Assembly: GCF_033095805.1 (NCBI RefSeq) | Contig: NZ_CP109901.1 | Span: 3,011,766-3,035,765, forward strand | Length of the DNA stretch: 24,000 nt | Reading direction: 5' to 3' | From: Serratia sp. UGAL515B_01 | GTDB taxonomy: Bacteria > Pseudomonadota > Gammaproteobacteria > Enterobacterales > Enterobacteriaceae | In this document: positions 1 through 9,306 of the stretch, piece after piece | Layout: each line of letters starts with the position of its first letter | Position numbering within the stretch: position 1 is the stretch's first letter | Program-made: the position numbers and the translations under genes | Notes under the pieces: model-generated | What the model was told of the DNA's origin: nothing | Databases searched by the model: none | Seen by the model: the letters and a program-made list of their open reading frames with translations, nothing else

Positions 1-873
1 GGTTCAGCAGGTGGAATGAAGCATATCCAAAATTTTTCGGGCTTTTTTGATGATACCTTCGTCGTCGTGTGTGGCGATGCACTGATTGATGTCGATTTCG
101 ATCAGGTACTGGCTTTCCACCGGGCAAGAAAAAGTGTCGCGACCCTGATTATGCGCCCGGTTCCACAGGATCAGGTCAGTAAGTACGGCATTGTCGTCAC
201 CGATGAACAAGGCAGGGTCAGTAAGTTCCAGGAAAAACCGAACACGGCAGAGGCATTGTCTAACAATGCTAATACCGGTATCTATGTTTTTGAACCTGAG
301 ATCTTTAATTATATTCCTGACGGTGTTGAATATGACATTGGTAGCCAGTTATTCCCTAAACTGGCAGAAGCAGGCGTTCCTTTCTATGGTATTGCTCTGC
401 CTTTCCAATGGGTTGATATTGGCTCTCTGCAGGATTTCTGGCATGTAAACCGTATGATCCTTAATCGGGAGTTACCTGACTACCCCATGCCGGGGATCCA
501 GATTGCGCCGCAAATCTGGTGTGGTTTAAACGTTAAAGCTGACTTCGCCAACCTGGATATTGAAGGCCCGGTGTATATTGGTAGCAGTACCGAAATACAA
601 CCCGGAGTGACCATTAGAGGGCCTTCGATTATCGGTGCTGGGTGTCTGTTGGAAGAAGGGGCCGTTGTAGAACAGAGTTTTATTGCTGATTATACCCGTG
701 TCGGTGGTATTGCGAATTTAAACCAGCAAATGATTTTTGCTGGTAAGGTGATTTCACCAGATGGGACAGCGATCGATTTATCGGAAGCAGGTTTGAACTG
801 GTTGATTGATGATAAACGGCGTAAAGACATTATTGCCGCCGAGAAATCATTGTTTAATGAATTTCTCTCCTGA
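1..873 (+). CDS. NDP-sugar pyrophosphorylase (nucleotidyltransferase domain plus left-handed beta-helix C-terminal domain); 5' end lies outside the window
   Basis: Frame 1 is open from nt 1 (GSAGGMKHIQ...), so the M at nt 16 is internal. The sequence has sugar-1-P nucleotidyltransferase motifs (VVCGDALIDVDF, KYGIVV..GRV.KFQEKP, NTGIYVFEPEIF). Hexapeptide-like repeats follow (GPVYIGSSTEIQPGVTIRGPSIIGAGCLLEEGAVVEQS). Confidence 0.8.
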   Translation, partial: GSAGGMKHIQNFSGFFDDTFVVVCGDALIDVDFDQVLAFHRARKSVATLIMRPVPQDQVSKYGIVVTDEQGRVSKFQEKPNTAEALSNNANTGIYVFEPEIFNYIPDGVEYDIGSQLFPKLAEAGVPFYGIALPFQWVDIGSLQDFWHVNRMILNRELPDYPMPGIQIAPQIWCGLNVKADFANLDIEGPVYIGSSTEIQPGVTIRGPSIIGAGCLLEEGAVVEQSFIADYTRVGGIANLNQQMIFAGKVISPDGTAIDLSEAGLNWLIDDKRRKDIIAAEKSLFNEFLS

Positions 874-915
874 TAAAAAGCTCTTAACTGCCTCAAGAAC
901 ACAAGATTGTTGGAG

Positions 916-1050
916 CATACATGCTCTAAATCATTCAAGTTGCATTGGAGACGGCAACGCAGTGAATCCCCAGTCGCTTACTCAAGTAAGCGACTGGGGT
1001 AAGCGAGAAAGCCGACACACATACAACTTAATTAAAGTATGGTGAGTGTG
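916..1050. repeat. ERIC (enterobacterial repetitive intergenic consensus) element, canonical length
   Basis: The core gtgaatccccagtcgcttactcaagtaagcgactggggtaagcg closely matches the ERIC1R/ERIC2 primer sequences as I recall them. It forms a perfect 14-bp stem (968-981 / 986-999) with a 4-nt loop. The flanking arms tcattcaagttgca ... tacaactt are inverted. The outer ends are approximate. Confidence 0.8.
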
Positions 1051-1123
1051 AGCGTATTGCCGCTTATTTTGCCCTCTCCTTCTCTAGGCCGTTCCTTAGC
1101 ACTCAAGCAACCCAGAATATCGT

Positions 1124-1702
1124 TTAGGCAATATCTTTACTGCTCACTACGGATTTTGATACCAGACCGTAATCGATCGCTTCAGCGACCGGCATCCAGA
1201 AATCGCGGTCAATATCCTTCATCACTTTCTCCAGTTTTTGTCCGGTTTCTTTGGCAATCAAGGTCCCTATTCTTTCACGAACACGGATGATTTCTCGTGC
1301 CTGGATCGCCACATCGGTAGCTTGACCACGGATACCACCACTAGGCTGATGGATCAGAAAACGCGTATTCTGTAAGCAGAATCGGCGCTCCTTGGGTACA
1401 GAAAGGAACACGTTAACAGCCGCGCTCCCCACCCAACCACTGCCTATCATATTAACCGGCGCTTCAATAAAGCGGACAACATCGTGGATCACATCACCGG
1501 ATTCCACGTGGCCACCGGGTGAACAAATCAAGAAGTTGATCGGCGCAGACGACTCGTCGGACAATGCTACCAGTTGTTTGACGACGTTGTACGCCACGGT
1601 ATCGTTTATTTGCCCAAATAGCAGGACCGTGCGGGACTTGAACGTTTTCTCATCCAGAAAGGCATCCCGTTGAGGAGAACTTGTTTCCGTTTTTTCTTCC
1701 AT
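1124..1702 (-). CDS. ClpP-family serine protease paralogue
   Basis: 192-aa ORF with ClpP-like blocks: FLICSPGGHVESGDVIHD, the catalytic Ser context GWVGSAA, the His context FLIHQPSGG, and the Asp context DRDFWMPVAEAIDYGLV. Confidence 0.85.
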   Translation of the reverse strand: MEEKTETSSPQRDAFLDEKTFKSRTVLLFGQINDTVAYNVVKQLVALSDESSAPINFLICSPGGHVESGDVIHDVVRFIEAPVNMIGSGWVGSAAVNVFLSVPKERRFCLQNTRFLIHQPSGGIRGQATDVAIQAREIIRVRERIGTLIAKETGQKLEKVMKDIDRDFWMPVAEAIDYGLVSKSVVSSKDIA

Positions 1703-1735
1703 TTTATACCTCAGCTAGTCAGTGCAAATCCGCCA

Positions 1736-1915
1736 TATACCCTCGCCATTCAAACAACTGCGGTGTCGGCTAAGGTTACTCGCCCCATCCGAGGGACGCC
1801 TCCCGAAAGGCCGCAGCTAGCATCATGCCCTCCCTCGGCAGGTTGCCCCCTGTAGCTGGTTTCTGAGGACTGACACACTGGCCATCTGCCTGCAACTTGA
1901 ATGAACCCGGGTATA
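1736..1915. repeat. Long ERIC-related MITE (ERIC-type termini with a different internal segment of about 100 bp)
   Basis: The termini are inverted: tataccctcgccattcaaacaactgcgg on the left and ctgcaacttgaatgaacccgggtata on the right. There is an internal hairpin CCGAGGGA...TCCCTCGG. The internal segment is homologous, in reverse orientation, to the internal segment of the 5284-5474 copy. Confidence 0.6.
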
Positions 1916-2009
1916 AAACGGAGACAATAAAATTGAATCGAACTCAATAGAGATTGGATTCATGTCGCTCAAGGATAGCAGACTTCACAGACAACGCTTG
2001 ACCGCATGA

Positions 2010-3131
2010 TTATTCGTCGAAGAACCAATAGCCTTGATTGACCAACGTGGTTAACTCAGCAATAAACCGTGGATTTTGGCATGCATTGCCCAACTCTTTT
2101 TTACCGATAACAGCATAACGACACAGGCAATCCGCCGCTACAGGATCGTGAATTTCCAACCGTTCGCTATTGATGAAAAAGCCACCACCAACTTGCAGCA
2201 CTTTCAGACCATTCAGCCGTGTCAGCACTTCGCCATTCATCAAAGCATCGGCAATCTCGTGCTGTTCAAAAGGGGGGCGCACTGGGGCAATGTCTAACTC
2301 GTGGCGCGGTGTTGTGACAAAGCAACCAAGCCAATTTTTAAAATCCTCTGGCTGATTAATCATGTCGATCATCATCGTACGTAAACGCTCGAGCTCATCA
2401 TCTTCAACTCGCCCCGGATGTTCGCGACAGGTAAGATCGGCATCGCTATAATGCTCACTACCGAGATCGTTTTCCAACACATAGTCAGCGAAGCTACTGA
2501 TCAAGTCCCTACTATTAGGCCCACGGAAACCTACAGAGTAGTTAAGCGCAGTTTCGTGAGTCAAACCGTCGTGTGGAAACCCCGGTGGGATATATAAAAT
2601 ATCACCCGGTTCAAGGTCTTCATCAATGATCGGTGTAAACGGTTCAACGTGTAACAACGCAGGATGTGGGCAAAACTGCTTGAGCGGCAGTTTGTCTCCA
2701 ACGCGCCAACGGCGACGCCCCATTCCCTGTATGATGAACACATCGTATTGATCAATATGTGGCCCCACTCCCCCACCAGGGACGGAAAAAGAGACCATTA
2801 GGTCATCCAGACGCCAATCTGGCAGCACTCGAAATGGGCGCACCAGCGCAGCAGAGGGAGTGTGCCAATGGTTAACAGCCTGGGCGAGCAGCGACCACCC
2901 TGTTTCCCCCAGATTATCAAAATGCTCAAACGGCCCATTGCTGGCATGCCACTGACCATTTCTCTGGCTTACCAGACGGCTATCCACCTCGGCTTCCATT
3001 GCCAGCCCCGCCAATTCGTCCGGTGTGATAGGATCGACGAAATCAGGGAAAGCATTCTTTAAAATAACGGGACGCTTTTGCCAGTATCTTTCTAAAAATT
3101 CAGGCCAATTAAGGTCAAGTCGATAAGACAT
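2010..3131 (-). CDS. roxA: Ribosomal protein uL16 arginine hydroxylase (JmjC/cupin-4 oxygenase, YcfD/RoxA)
   Basis: 373 aa, colinear with E. coli YcfD as I recall it (LNWPEFLERYWQKRPV, DELAGLAMEAEVDSRLV, the metal-binding GPHIDQYDVFIIQG, and YIPPGFPHDG). The length is the same. Confidence 0.9.
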   Translation of the reverse strand: MSYRLDLNWPEFLERYWQKRPVILKNAFPDFVDPITPDELAGLAMEAEVDSRLVSQRNGQWHASNGPFEHFDNLGETGWSLLAQAVNHWHTPSAALVRPFRVLPDWRLDDLMVSFSVPGGGVGPHIDQYDVFIIQGMGRRRWRVGDKLPLKQFCPHPALLHVEPFTPIIDEDLEPGDILYIPPGFPHDGLTHETALNYSVGFRGPNSRDLISSFADYVLENDLGSEHYSDADLTCREHPGRVEDDELERLRTMMIDMINQPEDFKNWLGCFVTTPRHELDIAPVRPPFEQHEIADALMNGEVLTRLNGLKVLQVGGGFFINSERLEIHDPVAADCLCRYAVIGKKELGNACQNPRFIAELTTLVNQGYWFFDE

Positions 3132-3407
3132 ACTTTCACACCATTGAGAAGATAAATGGGCTTGATTATAGGTAGGCTAACGCCCACACCGCCTTGTCAT
3201 TGGTCAAAAGTTTGTTTGCACAGTTACGGATTAGTGGTTCACATCCCGATGGAATGGGTTTTATTTTTGCGCCATTCGCAGGCGATCGTTTGAGCACAAA
3301 GCAAGAAGTGCCCCTAAAAACCTGACATCGCCGTTGTCGGGTTTGAACAAGGTGCACGCCTTCCACCCTGCGGTTTTTGGGGCTGTGATAGCAGGCATCA
3401 TCGGCAA

Positions 3408-4391
3408 TTAAGCGACACAGTCTAATAGGTGCGTAGCCGCGTCGATAACAGATTGAGATTTTATATCAGCCACTTGAGTACCTTCATGCAATAAGATGTG
3501 AGGTACGCCCAGCGGATACCAGCGCAAATATTTTTCTGGACGGTTTTCAAATAACGCCACCGTCGGAATGCGCAAGGCAGCACCTAGATGAACAGGTGCG
3601 CTATCTGCCGATATGACCAAATCCAACTGGCTCATTGCCGCAATGAGGTCGTTAACCGTTGGCGTAGAAAGACAACGGACAGGAAGATGGGCTAATTGTT
3701 CCTCGGTTGGTTTTTCTGCAGGATCATGGAAGATGTACAGCTCGGCTTTCTCTTGAAGAGCTTTCATCGTGTCTAGCCATTTTTGCCAATCCCAACGACG
3801 ATCGGCGGATTTATTAGAAATAAACAGGCCTACGCGAGGTTTACTCTTTTCGCCAAACCATTCACACCATTTATGCTGTAACGGTAGCGAGGGGTATACA
3901 TGCAACCGTAATGAACTCGGATCTACTGAGGCCAGTTCAGGCATCAGAGAAAAACCTGACAAAGCTTCGTGTTTTATTGGCCGGTTGGCAACATGTGAAG
4001 CCACCCGATCGTCAAATTCGCTCTGCTCATTGTGCCAACGAGAATCTGCAATATTCAGTTGCCGGATAAACTGGATGCTATTTTTATTCATCCCACCATT
4101 GGGAATAATAGCCATATCGAAATGTAATCCTCTCAAACGCCAAATCAGAGCAATACGGTCGATGAGTGCATTAAGTCGTCCGGGACGTTGGTTGCGTTCA
4201 CACTGCTTACTGTAAACATAAGTGTGTACGGTTGTGATATCTGGATTATGAGCGAGTACAGACATGTTGTATTTGTTAGCCAACACGTGGATTTCAGCCT
4301 CAGGCCAACGTTGCTTAAGAGCATGGATAAAGGCGGTGGTACAGACCATATCGCCAAGAAAATCAATCCGGACAACCAAGATACGTAACAT
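3408..4391 (-). CDS. Glycosyltransferase family 9 (LPS heptosyltransferase-like)
   Basis: The N-terminus MLRILVVRIDFLGDMVCTTAFIHALKQRWPEAEIHVL and the C-terminal DSAPVHLGAALRIPTVALF are the hallmark GT9 blocks. Confidence 0.8.
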   Translation of the reverse strand: MLRILVVRIDFLGDMVCTTAFIHALKQRWPEAEIHVLANKYNMSVLAHNPDITTVHTYVYSKQCERNQRPGRLNALIDRIALIWRLRGLHFDMAIIPNGGMNKNSIQFIRQLNIADSRWHNEQSEFDDRVASHVANRPIKHEALSGFSLMPELASVDPSSLRLHVYPSLPLQHKWCEWFGEKSKPRVGLFISNKSADRRWDWQKWLDTMKALQEKAELYIFHDPAEKPTEEQLAHLPVRCLSTPTVNDLIAAMSQLDLVISADSAPVHLGAALRIPTVALFENRPEKYLRWYPLGVPHILLHEGTQVADIKSQSVIDAATHLLDCVA

Positions 4392-4738
4392 TTGAATCGG
4401 ACTCTTTAAAGAAGAATGTCTACGCTATTATTCATGAGTTGATTGTTTTTGGGTAGTGGATGAAAAACAAAGGTCTTTTTGCCGGCAAAGCACAGTGATA
4501 TAAACAGTCTGAGAACCACTGGTGAATTTTTCTGATCTTGAGAGACCAAGCATATTACAGCCAGGTGGTATTCTTTGACTGCACATTAGATATGTGTCCT
4601 TTAATTGCCAGCGAGCACTGCTGGCGGCCATTTGCGCACGGCGAATGCATCCACTGCGCGATCATATGGACCAAACAAGCACTGGACAAAGCACTCATGC
4701 GCTCAAATGATCCAGCCCAGAAAGGAGCCTATGGGCAA

Positions 4739-5236
4739 TTAAGACATTGGCTGGTTGAGCCAAAAAATCGCCGCATTCAGTATCGTGGCGAATCCAATCC
4801 AAACGGCATAAGGAATAAACAGCCGTGAAGCTATCTTGTCGAACTTCTGCGCCTGAATGATGAAAAGTAGTACGGTGACCAACAATAGCGTGATAATCAC
4901 CAACGCCGTTCCTGGTTGATGCGCCACAAAAAACACCGGGGACCATAACCAGTTCAGTGCCATTTGCAGCGCCCATATCCCCATGGCGATGCTTCTTGGT
5001 GCCACTCGCCAGATCAACCAGCCAGCAACCGCAATCATGATATAGAGTATCGTCCAGACAGGAGCAAACACGGCATTAGGCGGATTGAAGGACGGTTTGA
5101 CCAAATTGGCATACCATGCGTCAGGCCCAGTTAAAAAACCAAGCACAAACCCTACCCCGATCACCACAACCAAAAAATAGACCAGCATAAGAAAATCAGC
5201 CGACCGTTTGCTGGCATTTTTTACTGCATGGGTCAT
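4739..5236 (-). CDS. tspO: TspO/MBR family tryptophan-rich sensory protein
   Basis: Five-TM pattern with Trp-rich motifs (WYANLVKPSFNPPNAVFAPVWTILY, ALNWLWSPVFF, YAVWIGFATILN). I moved the start to the ATG at 5236, which has AGGA 7 nt upstream. The longer ORF start at 5320 would run into the repeat at 5284-5474. Confidence 0.85.
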   Translation of the reverse strand: MTHAVKNASKRSADFLMLVYFLVVVIGVGFVLGFLTGPDAWYANLVKPSFNPPNAVFAPVWTILYIMIAVAGWLIWRVAPRSIAMGIWALQMALNWLWSPVFFVAHQPGTALVIITLLLVTVLLFIIQAQKFDKIASRLFIPYAVWIGFATILNAAIFWLNQPMS

Positions 5237-5283
5237 ATGAACAATTCCTAATTGCCTTATTAAATGAAGTCTCAAACATGCTT

Positions 5284-5474
5284 TATACCCAAGTTCATTC
5301 AAATTGCGGCTAGGCGGCAACGGAACGAAACCCGAGTAGCTTACTCAAGGGTAACCGACAAATCTGCCGGAGCAGATTTAAATGCTGCTTGCAGCGGCCC
5401 CGAAGGGCGAAGCCTACGGACAGACAGAGTAACGTAACCAACACCACTGCGGATTGGATGCCAATGAACATATA
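5284..5474. repeat. Long ERIC-related MITE (ERIC left half plus an internal insertion plus the ERIC right end)
   Basis: The left part tatacccaagttcattcaaattgcggctaggcggcaa...gaaacccgagtagcttactcaag matches the ERIC left half. The right end is aaccaacaccactgcggattggatgccaatgaacatata. The middle segment (ctgccggagcag...gccccgaagggcgaagcctacgga...) matches the reverse complement of the inner part of the 1736-1915 copy. Confidence 0.6.
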
Positions 5475-5492
5475 AGCATAGCGATACGATTT

Positions 5493-6407
5493 TTAAAACA
5501 TCGCCTGCGTGTGCTGCTGAATTTTTAGGCGTAACCAGCGGCGTAAACGATCATTATGCGTGCGTTCATGCCAGATCTGCATCATGTCGATATGCGGTAA
5601 GGAGAGTGGTAATGGGTAAAGACATAGCTCAGGATCGCGGGCAATAGCGTCCTCCCCGACTGAACGCAAACAAGTCAACAGCAAATCACTGCCTCTGATT
5701 AGACGGCTTGGCGCAAGAAAGCTAGACAGCCCTGCAACCACTTTACGTACCAGCCCCTGGCGCTGAAGTTCGCGATCAACGCGTCCGTTCAAATCGCCAG
5801 TCAATGTTGTCAAAACATGGTCGCAAGTGAGATAGGTATCCAGATCCAATCCTCCTTTCAGCAGAGGATTTCCTATCGCAGCCAATACCACAAAATCCTC
5901 ACTCAGAAGGCGCTGTTGATGAAAGGTGTCCGGTAATTGGTCATAAAAACCCGCAATAGCCAGGTCACACGTCCCTTTTTCAAGTTCTTCGCGCGGCAGC
6001 AATCCACGTGTGTTATGGGTTATCAACACTAGATTGGGTGCCTCATGGCGCAGTATCGGTAATAAACCCGGCAGCAGGATCTGTTCCATATAGTCGGTAG
6101 TGTAAATATGTATGCGCTCCGGGCGCGTAAGAAAATCCTGTCCTTCACACTGCTCGTAGAAGGTCTCGATATCTTCAACCAGTTTTTGAACCTGAGTCGC
6201 AAGCTGATGCGCTCGTGGCGTGGGGGTCAACCCACGAGCGGCTCTGACAAATAGAGGATCGCCGAACTCATGACGTAATTTACTGAGCTTGTGACTCATC
6301 GCGGGTTGGCTAAGTGACATCCGAACCGCAGCTTGAGAGGCATTACGTTCCTGGTACAACACATGAAAAAACAGCAACAGGTTAAAATCTTTGTTAGAAA
6401 TATTCAT
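5493..6407 (-). CDS. LysR-family transcriptional regulator
   Basis: N-terminal winged HTH (FNLLLFFHVLYQERNASQAAVRMSLSQPAMSHKLSKLRHEFGDPLFVR) followed by a LysR substrate-binding domain of typical length (304 aa in total). Confidence 0.9.
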   Translation of the reverse strand: MNISNKDFNLLLFFHVLYQERNASQAAVRMSLSQPAMSHKLSKLRHEFGDPLFVRAARGLTPTPRAHQLATQVQKLVEDIETFYEQCEGQDFLTRPERIHIYTTDYMEQILLPGLLPILRHEAPNLVLITHNTRGLLPREELEKGTCDLAIAGFYDQLPDTFHQQRLLSEDFVVLAAIGNPLLKGGLDLDTYLTCDHVLTTLTGDLNGRVDRELQRQGLVRKVVAGLSSFLAPSRLIRGSDLLLTCLRSVGEDAIARDPELCLYPLPLSLPHIDMMQIWHERTHNDRLRRWLRLKIQQHTQAMF

Positions 6408-6741
6408 TTTTTTAATGCCTTGAATGAAATATTTTTATTTTTTGAATTATAACAAGTCATCTAAGCTTAGTTCCAACTGAACGCTGCAGGTAGCGATTTG
6501 AGCACAGAGCAATGTATAGCCACTCCTTGGTTATTTTTGCTGTATAACATTGCTGATAAGTGGAGGAAACGGGTGATTTTTGCAGCTCAAAAGAGACTAT
6601 TTCTGCCTCACTCGTTTGAAAATCAGGAGCTAAACTCAGTAAGTTCTTATTTTGCTATACATCTGGTGGTTAAAAGCCGCTCCCAGTGTGGAGTCCAACG
6701 GAAAGTTGTGGGATGATTAGCCAGCTTTTTAGGGGGCGGAG

Positions 6742-7062
6742 ATGCGAAAACTTACGCTGCTATTGCTGATATTGCTCGGCTGGTTGCAGTACTCACTGTG
6801 GTTGGGGAAAAATGGCGTTCACGATTATGTGCGAGTCCATGAAGACGTAGTGGCTCAACAGAGCAATAATGCCAAACTAAAAGCGCGTAACGACCAACTG
6901 TTTGCCGAGATCGATGACTTGAATGACGGCTTGGAAGCGATAGAAGAACGCGCACGTGATGAGCTGGGAATGATTAAGCCCGGTGAAACTTTCTATCGCC
7001 TGGTTCCTGAACAATCCAGACGTAACAGTGCGTCCCCATCGCAAAATAACCTAAAAAAATAA
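6742..7062 (+). CDS. ftsB: Cell division protein FtsB
   Basis: 106 aa with an N-terminal TM segment ([17 protein letters not shown]) and a coiled coil ([43 protein letters not shown]). It sits immediately upstream of ispD, as in other enterobacteria. An SD (GGGGGCGGAG) precedes the ATG. Confidence 0.92.
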   Translation: MRKLTLLLLILLGWLQYSLWLGKNGVHDYVRVHEDVVAQQSNNAKLKARNDQLFAEIDDLNDGLEAIEERARDELGMIKPGETFYRLVPEQSRRNSASPSQNNLKK

Positions 7063-7065
7063 CGC

Positions 7066-7773
7066 ATGAAACATTCAGTAGACTCCTTGCCCCAGGTGAT
7101 TGCCGTCTTGCCCGCTGCCGGTATAGGCAGCCGCATGCAGGCTGATTGCCCAAAACAGTATTTAACTATCGGACATCAAACTATCCTCGAGTACGCGATC
7201 CACGCTTTGCTGCGCCATCCGCGTATTACCCAAGCGATCGTTGCTATTAGCCCCGAAGATCATCATTTTCAGTCATTGCCTATCGCACAAGATCCACGTG
7301 TGACCGTTACCGTGGGGGGAAATCAACGCGCACACTCTGTCATGGCCGGACTAAAACTGGCAGGCAATGCCGAATGGGTACTGGTCCATGACGCAGCACG
7401 CCCCTGCCTGCATGCTGACGACCTGGAACGTTTATTGGCGATCACCGATCACAGTGTAGTCGGAGGCATTCTTGCTGCGCCGGTGCGTGATACTATGAAG
7501 CGTTCAGAAGCCTGCCAAAGTGCCATCTCACACACCGTTGAACGCCAGGATCTGTGGCATGCACTGACACCACAGCTTTTTCCACTCGCGTTGCTGAAAT
7601 GCTGTCTGCAGCGTGCACTCGATGAAGGGGCGACAGTCACCGATGAAGCTTCAGCGCTTGAACATTGCGGCTATCATCCACTGCTGGTAGCCGGACGTTC
7701 GGACAACATTAAAGTGACGCGGCCAGAGGACTTGAAACTGGCGGCGTTCTATTTAACTCAGTTGAATCATTAA
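7066..7773 (+). CDS. ispD: 2-C-methyl-D-erythritol 4-phosphate cytidylyltransferase
   Basis: [21 protein letters not shown] and [10 protein letters not shown] motifs; conserved position between ftsB and ispF. Confidence 0.95.
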   Translation: MKHSVDSLPQVIAVLPAAGIGSRMQADCPKQYLTIGHQTILEYAIHALLRHPRITQAIVAISPEDHHFQSLPIAQDPRVTVTVGGNQRAHSVMAGLKLAGNAEWVLVHDAARPCLHADDLERLLAITDHSVVGGILAAPVRDTMKRSEACQSAISHTVERQDLWHALTPQLFPLALLKCCLQRALDEGATVTDEASALEHCGYHPLLVAGRSDNIKVTRPEDLKLAAFYLTQLNH

Positions 7774-7782
7774 GGAGCGCAT

Positions 7783-8256
7783 ATGCGTATCGGTCACGGT
7801 TTTGACGTACATAAATTTGGTGGCGAAGGGCCTCTGGTGATCGGTGGTGTTCGCATTCCTTTCGATAAAGGCTTGCTGGCACACTCTGATGGCGACGTCG
7901 CACTTCATGCAGCTACCGATGCCCTGCTCGGTGCCGCGGCATTGGGTGACATAGGAAAACTTTTCCCAGATACCGATCCGGCATTCAAAGGAGCGGATAG
8001 CCGCGAGTTATTACGCGAAGCGTGGAAACGCATTCGGGCAAAGGGCTATCGTCTGGGAAATCTGGATGTCACCATCATTGCTCAGGCGCCGAAAATGGCA
8101 CCGCACATCCCTCAAATGCGTATTTTCCTGGCAGAGGATCTGCAGTGCCACATGGATGATATTAACGTAAAAGCGACCACAACCGAGCAACTGGGTTTCA
8201 CTGGGCGTGGAGAAGGCATTGCCTGTGAGGCAGTAGCCTTGCTAATCAAGGAGTAA
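7783..8256 (+). CDS. ispF: 2-C-methyl-D-erythritol 2,4-cyclodiphosphate synthase
   Basis: [13 protein letters not shown]...[10 protein letters not shown]...[11 protein letters not shown] are canonical IspF blocks; 157 aa. Confidence 0.95.
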   Translation: MRIGHGFDVHKFGGEGPLVIGGVRIPFDKGLLAHSDGDVALHAATDALLGAAALGDIGKLFPDTDPAFKGADSRELLREAWKRIRAKGYRLGNLDVTIIAQAPKMAPHIPQMRIFLAEDLQCHMDDINVKATTTEQLGFTGRGEGIACEAVALLIKE

Positions 8257-8259
8257 CAG

Positions 8260-9306
8260 ATGGATATGGCAAATCTGACCTGGCTACATGGCAAGCCACA
8301 AGCCACCGGTGTGTTGAAAGCCAAACCAGAAGACTTTTTCGTCGTTGAGGATTTAGGCTTCGTACCAGATGGTAAAGGGGAACATCTGCTGGTGAATATC
8401 CGAAAAAACGGCTGCAATACCCAGTTTGTCGCCGACGCTCTGGCTAAATTCGCCAGTATACATCCCCGTTCGGTCAGCTACGCAGGATTGAAAGATCGTC
8501 ATGCGGTAACAGAGCAATGGTTTTGTCTCCACTTACCGGGTAAAGATTCACCGGATCTTACACAGTTTGTGCTCGAAGGTTGTGAAGTGCTGCAAGCTGC
8601 CCGCCATTTACGCAAGTTGCGTATTGGCACGTTGAAAGGTAATTATTTCACCGTGGTATTGCGACATATCAGCGACCGCAACGAGGTTGAACAACGTCTA
8701 CAAGCCATTGCTAAAAGTGGTGTACCCAATTATTTTGGCAGTCAGCGATTTGGCCACGGTGGAAATAACCTGACCTTAGCGAGACGCTGGGCTAAAGACG
8801 AGATCCGCGTCAAAGAGCGCAACAAACGCAGTTTCTATCTTTCAGCCAGCCGTAGCGCGCTGTTTAACGCTATCACCAGCCAGCGCCTGGCCAATAATCA
8901 GCAAAAAACGTTGATGGATGGGGATGTTTTGCAACTGGCTGGGCGTGGTAGTTGGTTTGTGGCCAAAACGGAAGAACTGAACAACTTGCAACAGCGGTTA
9001 GAAGCTGGCGAACTGATGATTACTGCCCCGTTACCTGGAGACGGTGAGCCAGGAACCGCAGCGGAAGCACTTAACTTTGAACAGCAGTGCTTATTACAAC
9101 AGCCAGAATTACTCGCGCTTTTAAAGCGCGAGCGCGTTGAGCCGGCTCGCCGTGCACTGTTGTTGCAACCGCAGAAACTGCTGTGGAACTGGTGGGATGA
9201 TGCCACCGTTGAATTGCGTTTTTGGTTACCAGCAGGCAGTTTTGCCACCAGCGTAGTGCGCGAAATCATACAACAGAACAATGGTGAAGCGGATATTACG
9301 GAATAA
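8260..9306 (+). CDS. truD: tRNA pseudouridine(13) synthase TruD
   Basis: Colinear with E. coli TruD as recalled ([69 protein letters not shown]). Confidence 0.95.
   Translation: MDMANLTWLHGKPQATGVLKAKPEDFFVVEDLGFVPDGKGEHLLVNIRKNGCNTQFVADALAKFASIHPRSVSYAGLKDRHAVTEQWFCLHLPGKDSPDLTQFVLEGCEVLQAARHLRKLRIGTLKGNYFTVVLRHISDRNEVEQRLQAIAKSGVPNYFGSQRFGHGGNNLTLARRWAKDEIRVKERNKRSFYLSASRSALFNAITSQRLANNQQKTLMDGDVLQLAGRGSWFVAKTEELNNLQQRLEAGELMITAPLPGDGEPGTAAEALNFEQQCLLQQPELLALLKRERVEPARRALLLQPQKLLWNWWDDATVELRFWLPAGSFATSVVREIIQQNNGEADITE

Noticed and set aside
1670-1947. ORFs 1670-1855 (+) and 1750-1947 (-)
   Set aside because: Both lie inside the ERIC-related repeat at 1736-1915. GC-rich palindromic repeats routinely generate spurious open frames.
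3132-3407. 276-bp GT9-roxA spacer with a minus-strand TATAAT (3165-3170) and a T-run after a weak stem near 3240-3270
   Set aside because: The -35 match is poor and the stem is only about 3 bp. This is not enough to call a promoter or a terminator.
3769-4215. 148-aa plus-strand ORF, together with other long antisense ORFs (8898-9281 in truD, 19509-19901 in the toxin-like gene, 15594-15857 and 16333-16641 in mutS, 12224-12472 in nlpD)
   Set aside because: These are shadow ORFs on the opposite strand of well-supported genes. They have low-complexity or Ser/Arg/Cys-rich translations and no independent signals.
4392-4738. 347-bp spacer between the GT9 gene and tspO, containing ORFs 4428-4631 (-), 4538-4828 (+) and an unlisted 47-codon minus-strand ORF (MSALSSACLVHMIAQW...)
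   Set aside because: None has an SD or recognisable motifs, and one overlaps tspO in antisense. It probably holds the GT9 promoter and leader. I could not identify a repeat or RNA structure to report.
6498-6716. 72-aa TTG-initiated ORF between the LysR gene and ftsB, considered as the divergent LysR target or a ygbE equivalent
   Set aside because: TTG start, no SD, and no TM segments (E. coli YgbE is a membrane protein). The sequence looks random, so I treat the region as non-coding.
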